Source: Eledone cirrhosa (taxonomy: Eukaryota). From it: a stretch of 64,000 nt of DNA. Made by a program: the position numbers and the translations under genes. Positions 54,301-64,000 of this stretch are shown piece by piece; position 1 is the stretch's first letter, and every line of letters begins with the position of its first letter. The notes below the pieces were generated by a model that saw only the letters and a list, made by a program, of their open reading frames with translations, had not been told where the DNA came from and ran no database searches. Where the stretch lies: assembly GCA_964016885.1 (NCBI GenBank), contig OZ024740.1, positions 52,576,001 through 52,640,000 on the forward strand, written 5' to 3'.

Positions 54301-55345
54301 CATAACTGATTAAGCTTTAAAAGGTCAAGTATCAGTGAAAATAATTCACAACATTAGCAAGGATGTAAGATCATTTCGCTGCATTAAGCAAAACAGAACA
54401 AATATATATCTATTTCATCATCATCGTTTAACGTCCATTTTCCCTACTTGCAAGGGTTGAACATGTCTTCAGAGACTGGTCAGTATTCAAGCAAAGTTTC
54501 TGACCTCCAGATGAGCCAGACGCCCAATATATGATCATACTGAGAGCATTTTATCATTGCACCAACACTAGGGAAGTCCTCCCAGCCCTTTGACAAGATT
54601 CTTATGGCTAGATGTCCTTCCTGTCCCCAACCACTTTACAGAGTGTACTGGGTGTGTTTATAATGTAGTTCATTAACAGGACAGGTTGTCAACAAGAAAT
54701 ACTTTAACACACACCACTATACTTGAAAGGCTTATGAAGTGAAGACAATGAATGGAAGCCATGACTGAAGTTGAATACAATTGCTATTTTAGAATATAGA
54801 ATCATTTCACTATGTTGACATTTACACTCACAGTTAGTCATACCTTTCTGCAAAAAAACTACTGCTAACATGATTTAATATTTTCCCCCATTCTTAATGT
54901 AGTCACTATAATGTAGTGGTAAGCCAAGTTCAGGATTAGAATTTCATCCTCCATCAAAACAATTTTCATTCTTGCACTCTTGGAAATAGCATGAATATCA
55001 CAACCTTTCATTTCTCTTCTATAAATATAATAATTCATAACAGTTATTTTTTTTGTAGGTACCCATATTGTGTCTGATATATGGGCAGAATATCTTCAGA
55101 TTGACCAAATCGAACAAGGTATATATACTCAGGAATATTTAGATTATGATTATCCAGATGATACAGAAACACACACCAGAAATATAGAGAGAATGTGGTT
55201 GAGAGTAGAAAAGCATTTTCAACGAAAGCATAAAACATATTTATTTCAATCATTTCTAACAGAATTTATGTGGAGATCTCATTTTAAGAATAATGATAAA
55301 TTTGCTGCTCTAATTTATTGTATCAAACACTTATATAAAGTTTAA
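51389..55345 (+). CDS. Two-exon Merlin/ISXO2-like transposase-derived protein, 327 aa (exons 51389-52085 and 55059-55345)
   Basis: Zn ribbon CPTC..WRCPKHNYC, SIRKGSFFE, VVVIDAT, VFGGIE. Donor CCAG|GTATAG and acceptor TTTTTTTTGTAG|GT join in frame to give ILPGTHIVSDIWAEY..THTRNIERMW..FLTEFMWR (697+287=984 nt). Confidence 0.88.
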
Positions 55346-55744
55346 TAAAGTTAATATTGTATTTTTATTTGTAATTAAATATTAAGCTGAAACATCACAA
55401 TATTGAACTATGGTTTTTGGTAGAAATGCGTTGCACTTTAAATGAGTATAACATTCAACTGATTAGTATGGGGTGGGAACATAAGTCAGCAAGATGTGGG
55501 TCTCCAGCCCATTTGAAAAGTCAGTGACTCTGTTTGAGTACTGACTCAGTTTGTGATGACCTGTCGAACCCTATCTAATAGGGAAAACAGACGTTAAATG
55601 TGATGAGGATGTGAGTAGATAACGTACTTTGCTGGATTGAAATATTCCTCACTCTAACAACTTGAATATACTTTCACTCAATTATCTCCCCTACATTATG
55701 CTAGTTCACTCCGAAATTCCCTTCTAATACATTTACAGTTAGCA

Positions 55745-55817
55745 GCCCAAATATCTCAGTCAATAGAGCATGAGACTCTTAATCTCGGGGTCGTGGGTTC
55801 GTGCCCCACATTGGGTG
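55745..55817 (+). pseudogene. tRNA-Lys(CTT) pseudogene
   Basis: Near match to metazoan tRNA-Lys-CTT with intact anticodon arm GAGACTCTTAATCTC, but the D-loop GG is AA, the T-loop is TTCGTGC, G10 is T, and pair 7-66 is mismatched. Confidence 0.85.
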
Positions 55818-56598
55818 AATTCAGTTACACTTACAAATATCATCACCCTGGAACTGTATCTGTAAATTCATTGTTACATAGTGTCATGTTGATCTAGCCT
55901 GGGAGTTATGTTAACTGTATAAATGTCTGGAATACTAAAAGAGAATCAACCATAAAACAAAATCAAAGTATCATTAAATGGTTAAATGCAAGAAGATGGA
56001 ATTGCCTTAGCTGGGGAGATAGATAGTTTTGATATTGTCTCACCATACATGAATTCCATTATACCATCATTCTTGCATCATCATTTTTCATGTATTTGTG
56101 AAGATAAACGTTTCTGTTAGTAGGTTTTGTACAGAGAAATATCTCTATATAAAACAAGAGGAAAAGTTTAAAGAAAGTCAATTGGAAGGAAGGGAGCAAA
56201 ATGCCAGATGAAATATATTTCATTAGAGTACCAGAATAGGTCGGGTCTTAAGAAGTAAGCCTCGATAAAAATTCTGCTTGTCTCATAGTAAACAGTAGCT
56301 CATGCAATGATCATCAGTTTAATTAGATCACCTTGGCATCATGAACGCCAGTGGCTTTGCAGATGATCAATTATTAATTCGGCAATGGGTTGGCACAACT
56401 CCAGTTAGTGGAGAAATTTACGAGTATGTGGGTGTGGGGTGTCACATATATTCTAGCCGTTATAAAAAGCAAAATGAATGCTGTACCTTCTTAAGGGAAG
56501 ACTCAACAATCCTGCAAATCTAGTTGTTTTCACGTGTTTGCAAAGAGGATGCTGATTTCCTTTGTTAGCAATTGGATGTTTATCATCCATAGTCTTAT

Positions 56599-57299
56599 TC
56601 TATCTATATACTACTAAAATTCTGTGATTGCTTGCTTGTCTGTAATGTAATACAGTCAAAAGGGCGCATAATGTGAAAATACTTTGAAAGGAAGTTGCCC
56701 CTGAAATGGAATAAAACAAGTTTCGCGTAAATTGAAGCACGGGTTCCTGAGATATGGGGTTTTCTGGGTACCTTCATAAACGGATAGAGAGAGCTGGTGG
56801 TAGTTTTGTGTATATGTGTGTGTGTCTATGACCAGTGTATATAGATCACAGACACCCATATATATATATATACACACACGCATACATATATATATGTATA
56901 CAAGCACACACACATATATACATGCACACATGTATATATATGTAAGGGCCTTCCAGTTTCATTTAACATTATATACAGTCTGTGTATATTTTAATATTTT
57001 AAAAATATTTTGAAGTGAACATGACCCAATGGGTCACGGGTGACCTAGTATACTACTAAAACTCTGTGATTGTATGCTTGTCTGTAATTTAATACAGCCA
57101 AAATGGTGCATAATGGGAAAATACTTTGAAAGGAAGTTGCCCCTGAAATGGGAATACAATTGGAATAAAACAACTTTCACGTAAATTGGAGCATGGGTTT
57201 CCGAGATACAGGGTTTTTCCAGGTATCTTCATAAATAAAGAGAGAGAAAGAGATAGTGATTGTGAGAGAGTAGATTGAAAGAGAGAATATGTATACACG

Positions 57300-57334
<35 letters not shown>

Positions 57335-57426
57335 GGGCCTTCCAATTCCATTTCACATTATATACACGTCTGTATATTTTAATTATTTTTAAGTGAACAT
57401 GACCCATTGTGTCACAGGTGGTCTTG
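56599..57426 (+). mobile_element. Head-to-tail tandem of two non-autonomous Helitron units (56599-57048, 57049-57426)
   Basis: Both start (TCTA)TATACTACTAAAA.TCTGTGATTG. Unit 1 ends TGACCCAATGGGTCA hairpin..CCTAG; unit 2 ends in a degenerate TCTTG. Confidence 0.8.
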
Positions 57427-58675
57427 TCCTGAATAAAAAGCTACAAAAATCAATTATGAATACAATTAATGATCCATTGTTGAACTGATAAATGAATTTA
57501 TTCAATATTATTAAAAAGGAGTAACATTCATTACATCAGGAAGGACAATGTCACAGAGGAACATTAAATCGACTCACATTCCACACAGTTTCTTGTCAGT
57601 ATTTCTGTTGTGCAAGTAGTTTTTGTCAAGATATAGGATGAAGTCAAACAACTGGTAGCTCAGTTTCCACAGCAGTGATAAATGACAGCTCAAGATCTAC
57701 CATGTTTGGCCTCTATCAGTGCTATCCCTAGTTTGTCTCCAAGATTTTTAGCAATTGACTAATTGTTTTCCTGGTCACAAAAGGGAGATCTCTATCTGTA
57801 TTTACCATGGGTTGTGAAGAATACCTTGGAAGATGATAGACATGTTGGGAATGTACACATGTTGAAGCCTTTCCAAATTATGTCCATGGCAAATACAGCA
57901 ATGCCTCAGTCATTGACCAAGTGTAACAGGAACCTATCATATGCCTTGTATTGGTCCCTTCTTCCCCAAGTTTCACATAGGAAGATACTCAAGAGACTGA
58001 GGGCACACCCAGCTTGTATTAGTGTGCATACATTATGGAGCTCTGGAAGTTGCTCATCACCTAATTGCTTTTCTTAGTATGTTGCATCAAATAATATAGT
58101 TACATCTTCATGTATGACTTCTTTCAGTTAATGTATTGCATTGAACTTGGGGATTTTGTCATTGTCTTGCCCAAGTGGATCATGTAGTTTCTCCATAGTC
58201 ACTAAAATTATTTCTTTTAATACTTGCCTCATGTTTTCTACCAACAATGTCCATAGGTAATATTAATCATCCCTGTTTTGTAGTGTCTCAATCCTCTGTG
58301 AACTAATATTTTTTCACATTTGCCTTTAATTAAAGATACCATGGAACATAAACGTAGTATCACTGCAGGGTTAATCATTTTCTATTACACAGTTCACACT
58401 CCCCCATGCTAAATCATGTGACAAGCCATAACACCATTCTACCCTTTCCACTGCTTTGAATATTTCCACAATACTGCTAAGCAACAAAGATATTTAGCAA
58501 TTTCTTTATTGATTGCAGTAATGCACTGGGGTCGATATAATCGACTTTCCCCTCCCCCTTGTGCCTAAATCAGAAACCCAGATTGGCGGTATCCGTAGCG
58601 CATCGGACAATATGCTTTGTGGCATAGAGTTATAGCCCTTTCCGTTCTGAGTTCAAATCTCGCCGAGGTTAGCTA

Positions 58676-59005
58676 TGCCATCTGGTCTCTTCCAATCACT
58701 TCTAGGTAATCCAACCGGCTCCAGAGCTGAGGGATTATTTATCAGGTTCAGCTCGGTGTGGCAGGCGAAATGACCAGCATTCAGGTGGCAGGACAAGCCT
58801 TGTAGACCTGTGGAGTCCAGGGACCTACCACAGCGACATCTCAGACCCCCACAAAGGCTCCCACTGGAAGTGCAATGGAGATGCGGAGCTCGTCCTGACT
58901 GAGAAGGCCACCAATGTTGGTTACAGGCATGGCATCAATCCAGTCCCCCGAAAACCTTGCACTTGCAGAAAGTAAGTGGCACCTATAGACAGCATGTCCT
59001 GAAGC
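58676..59005 (-). mobile_element. CRE-like retrotransposon zinc-knuckle/RLE fragment
   Basis: SGDWIDAMPVTNIGGLLSQDELRISIAL..RCRCGRSLDSTGLQGLSC..CHTELN..LEPVGLPRSDWKRPDG. Confidence 0.8.
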
Positions 59006-59621
59006 ATGTGTTTAGTGGAATAATTTATGCTAATTAATATGTAGGTGACGTTTGTCTAAGTTTCTCGTATACTAATGATTTTTTTTTTAATGTGTAATTC
59101 ATGAACACCCATTGTAAACTTTTATATGCAAATCTCATGGTTTTATATAATAAAGGGATACTTTTCATCTCAAGTGCTTGTAGGGTTTTAGAGTGAGTGT
59201 CTGAGTTTTTCGATTGTTTGGCCATGTCAATCACCTTCATTTATGTCCGAATAACTTAAAAATAGCCTATAAAGCTGGCACATCTAGTTATGCGGTTTTA
59301 TAACGCTGTTTCGGTTAGTGTTGATATTTAGGAACTCAGCTGGAGCACTAACCAAGTATCGCTATATATTTAATTATAAAATGAAATAAATATCAGAAAT
59401 TCAAAACTTGATTTATTTCAAACATTCATAACGTATACTTAAAAATATATAACCCGACACATTTTCAGTTTTGGAAAAGCTTTCATTTTTGTGTTTGTGT
59501 GGCGGGGTCAGTTTCGCACAAGTTTTCAATTTTGTTGAGGATTTTTAATTCCTGATATCGTCTTTACTTTTATACGAAACTAACACTTAATTCAGAGTAT
59601 TAGTTTGTTGTTCCTCCTGCA

Positions 59622-60318
59622 ATGTCACGCGGAAGACCACCAAATCCTAAAATTATATGTACAGATATCGTTGATGACGAAAATATCAGGAAAGAGATTT
59701 GGACATTTTATGATCTTTTTAAAAAGACTTCCACAAATGATATGGCGATTGCGTGGTTGGCGAAATATAAGCTTATAAGCAATTCTGTTACGTGTCCTGT
59801 TTGTGGAGACCCATGTACAGTTAACGGCTACAAGAAAAGTATTGATGGAAAACGATGGAGATGTCCAAAGCATAACTACTGTCGATCTATCCGAAAAGGA
59901 TCCTTTTTTGAGAAAAGCCGCCTCTCGCTGACAACATTTATATTGCATATGTATATGTGGGCAAGAGAGTATTTACATTCTGAAATAGCCCACGAAACAA
60001 ACATCTGTTCGACGTCAACTATTGATCTCTTTTACCTCATCCGAGAATTACTGGAACGTTTCATCGAAGACCACCCAACAGAATTAGCTGACAACCCACC
60101 TGAGATTGGTGGGTTTGATTTACAGACAGGCGAACCAAAAGTCGTTGAAATAGATGTAAACAAATTTGTTAAATCTAAATGTAAGGATAAAAAACATGCA
60201 AAAGGATTTATGGTTTTTGGTGGGATTGAACGTGGAACTGAGAAATGTTTTCTGGTCCCTATTGAGTATCAAAATAAAGATGCTTTTGAAGCTGCAATTA
60301 TCCGGTGGATTTTACCAG
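59622..60318 (+). CDS. Exon 1 of second Merlin/ISXO2-like transposase-derived paralogue; exon 2 not found in the window
   Basis: Colinear with 51389-52085, same length (697 nt), same donor position CCAG|GTATGG; VVEIDVN..VFGGIERG. Confidence 0.88.
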
Positions 60319-61599
60319 GTATGGTTAATAAAATCGATGATTTTCATTCATTCATGTCATGCGGGTACCTTTCGTTATTTCTTCTTGTCTGTTGTTTTAA
60401 TGTCTCTTAATCTTTAATACATCTTTGCACTTATAGTTTGTAATGCTTTTTTTCTCTTGCGCCTAAAATTGTAATCACACCAGCATTTGTATTTTCTTAA
60501 ATTAGTTATACCTCAACCAAATGACCTAACTGCCTACCTCCCTATTTTCAACTTTCAATTTGAAAGAACATTAATTGATTTGTCACCACAGTGCTCAATG
60601 GGAGAAAAGCAGCGTAAATGCAGCACTGCTAGGTTGAAAACTGAGACAAGACTCATATATTAGTAAGAGATCTTTGTTATCGTTGTAATTACTTGCACGT
60701 GTACATAAGTGATATATTTATGAACTATTTTCCGAATTTATTTTAACCCAAATTAAATACTATATATGTGACAGAACGCAATAATTGACAAAAAGGCCCA
60801 GTATTTGCACATACCATTAAAGTGAAAGATATTTCTAAACAAAAACCGAAACGAAAACAATAGAACGTAATTAGTTTTTGTATGTATTTAGAATAGACCG
60901 TTACATGTTATGGAATGTATGAGGGGGGGGGGGCTCGCTTTAAGATTAGACAGAGGAAAATAAATTAAAGTGAAGGGTTTCCGACTGCATCAGTCAGTCA
61001 GTTGTGAGAGAACAGATTAGTATGGGAGAAGCAATAGCGAATTGATTTCAACGATATTTGTATAATGACTGGCGTAAAATAATTGTAAAGGTGAACATTT
61101 ACAACGAATAAGCTGGTTGCCATTCTGAGCTCAAATCCCGCCGAGGTTAACTTTGCTTTTCATCCTTACGGGGTCGATAAAATAAAGTACCAGTAATGCA
61201 CTAAGTAATTGTTGGCCTTGTGCCAAAAGTAGAAACAATTATTTTAATTCACTTTCATTTTCTAGTCTGCGATTTTACATGTCTAAAAATGAAATAATCT
61301 CCCCTCTTTCTTTATATATGTATATATATATATATAGTCGAAAAAATCTGGAAAAGATAAAGGATTCTCACCGAAGAGATCTCCGAGACCCCATTCCGTT
61401 TTCGGTGAAAAAAAGTTAATTGCGAGCATGTCGGTGGTCAGATTAGTTGAAAACTCGAAAAAAACCTAGATTTTCCCAACCTCGGAAATTTCTTATTATT
61501 CACCCACTTATTCCTGTGAGTAGAATAACATAACAAATATGTTTTAAATATATACATAAATAACATTACAAATGCTTAGATAACATTATAAATTGCTTC

Positions 61600-62405
61600 A
61601 GTTCGAATAACAGAGGCGGGAAGACACTTAAGAGTTACAGATAAACGCCTATCAGTCGTTTAAATTTATAGAAAACAATCCCTTTTCGATCCTTCATCAT
61701 TTTGTACTGTTGTGGAAAACGTTTAAGTGTTCCCCAGTTTACAAACCCACCATTCCAATGAGGAGTGGCTGTGTGAAAGAGCAATCCTTTCCCACCAAAA
61801 CATCACAGTGAATGCTATAAAAAAATCTCTCACAAATGATACCAGTCTCCATCTAGAAGAGGGATGTTTCTCACATGGTCAAATGTAGGTAGGTTATTCC
61901 AGGGTAGGAAGACCCTTCAAACTCTTCATATGTGACATTGTATATCCTGAAGTTCTGTAAATGTTTTATAATTTTTGTAGAATACATTTTTCCATTATTT
62001 TCATTTTGTATTATATATCCCCTTCTTTTCCGAAAACCGAATGAGTGGGTGAACCCTCGGATATTTCAGTGCGAATAACGGAAGCGGGAAGGGAGGGAGA
62101 CACTCGGAGTAACAGATAAGCACCTCTCAGCCATTTAAATTTATAGAAAAGCAATCCCTTGATACTGAAGGTTTTGATCAGTCATCATTTTGTACTGTTG
62201 TGGAAAGCGTTGTAAGCCTAAGTGTTTCCCAATTTACAAATCCACCATTCCAATGAGGAGTGGCTGTGTGAAAGAGCAATCCTTGCACCCCAAAATATCA
62301 ATAAATGCCATTAATCTCTCTCAAATGATCCTTGGAGGTATCCAGACCTATAAATTTATTGGTGCTAAAAACATTGTATATACTGAAGTTCTTAAAATGT
62401 TTTAA
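61600..62405. repeat. Diverged ~340 bp direct duplication (61600-61970 vs 62070-62405), unclassified
   Basis: Shared blocks such as TTTAAATTTATAGAAAA and CCACCATTCCAATGAGGAGTGGCTGTGTGAAAGAGCAATCCTT. Confidence 0.75.
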
Positions 62406-64000
62406 AATTATGCTATGCAATATTTAAATACCTTTTATTTAAAAGAAAACGGACATTACAACAGATGATAATAGGTGCCTTATGAATAGATTTGAACACA
62501 GCATGGGGCGAAAGCCGGGAGGATGCTAGCATATATATATAACGAAAAATTAACAAGTATTATGATTATAGCATTTAATAAATTTACGACCGTTTCGTTG
62601 AACTAACAAGAATATTAATTCCTGCAAGAATAAATCCTCCGAATTGATCATATACATATATTCATTTAAGTTTAGTGGTTCACCACTGGATAGAACTGGT
62701 CATTCTGTATAGTTAACCATGATATAAAAGTAGGAAAAGCACTCAACATTACGCAACTCATCCATCATTGATGTTGAATCCTGTGGGTGGTGCAGGAACG
62801 GAGTTAAATATTAGTTTCATATATATATCAACTGAATATGGCCTCCGATCTTTTATATATATGTACGTTTATGTAATTGTTTTGCAAGATTCTTTATGTG
62901 AAATCATTGTTCTATTTGGGGATGATCATTTTGCCAATAAAACAAACGCACTATTGACTTTCACTTCAACTTTATTATTACTAGTTATTGGTTATTTTAA
63001 AACATCTTAAAACACACCCTGCCTCATATGTAGATGACATGATACTCCCAAACCTCTCACCTTTCTATAGACACTCGTGTATATCTACCCTAACCCTACA
63101 TAAAGCACATAGAAACCTGACTGAAATAAATAAATAATTAAAACACACAAAATAGCACACCCTAAATCCACTATCTCCCTTCTTGCCAGCAATTACCCCA
63201 GTGTATTACTGGTACTTTATTTTATCGACTCCGTAAGGATGAAAGGCAAAGTTAACCTCGGCGGGATTTGAACTCAGAATATAAAGGACCATAACTCTAT
63301 ACTACAAAGCATGGTGTCTGACACTACTGATACTGCCAATCCACCATATTACATCAAATAATACTGATCAATACACATAAACATAAATATATGAGATACA
63401 CATCAAAAGAGAGCTCACAAAGAAGATATAATGTGGAAAGGAAAATGTCACCAACATACTAATGCCACATTTAGTCAATGGAAAGAAACAATAACAATGG
63501 TGCACAAACAGTACATTACATCTAGTATTGACAATGCTACTTATACCAAGAATCTAGTCTCTTCACAACAAACCAACTTAAAATAACTTGTACACAAAAC
63601 TGCACTCTATGCATACTCACTGGTTCTACACAGATCACAGGATATGTAAAGGCCATAGTTCATTGACACAGCAAACTTCAACCCATACAAGTCCTACTCC
63701 TACATGAAAAAAAATCACCTCTAAATGCTCAGACATATACAACTTGTCAGAACACTGCTATAACATCATCCCAAATTCATAATCTCTCTCACTCAGACCA
63801 GACACATATACACAGAAAATTGCTAGAACACCAATACCCTCAACAACCCTAAACACTGCTGGGATGCACTCAACCAAAAGTGAATACAGAAAAATAACAA
63901 CTGATGTCTTCTTACTGAGTTCACCTTGCTTACTTCTGCTGAGGCACCTCTAGAATCTGTGAGTGTACAGAAATATAGAGGATAGAGTGCAACATGTCTA

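Noticed and set aside
55745-55817. Functional tRNA-Lys
   Set aside because: Invariant D-loop GG and T-loop A58 are mutated.
57540-58480. Decayed DNA transposase (minus strand)
   Set aside because: Coding-like composition but no recognisable motif.

Overview
Eukaryotic, AT-rich, microsatellite-saturated DNA. The repeat content (tRNA-derived SINEs with a GACTTTGCCTTTCATCC..GGGGTCGATAAA core, RTE LINEs with a PHD-like Cys insert, Penelope-like elements, Helitrons) suggests an octopus/cephalopod genome; this is inference. Three host-like genes are supportable: an omega-class-like glutathione S-transferase with an intronless CDS (24927-25592, -) and two tandem, intron-containing paralogues derived from a Merlin/IS1595 (ISXO2-like) transposase (51389-55345; 59622 onward). 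The paralogues show synonymous-biased divergence and altered catalytic motifs, so they are probably a domesticated transposase gene family. The rest is nested mobile DNA: Penelope-like elements inserted in (TA)n tracts forming long palindromes, non-autonomous Helitrons, RTE, CR1 and CRE LINE fragments, many SINEs and two tRNA-like sequences. One three-copy repeat carries a covarying, pseudoknotted RNA motif containing all three hammerhead core strands in a non-canonical order. Most short ORFs in the track are microsatellite or repeat noise.
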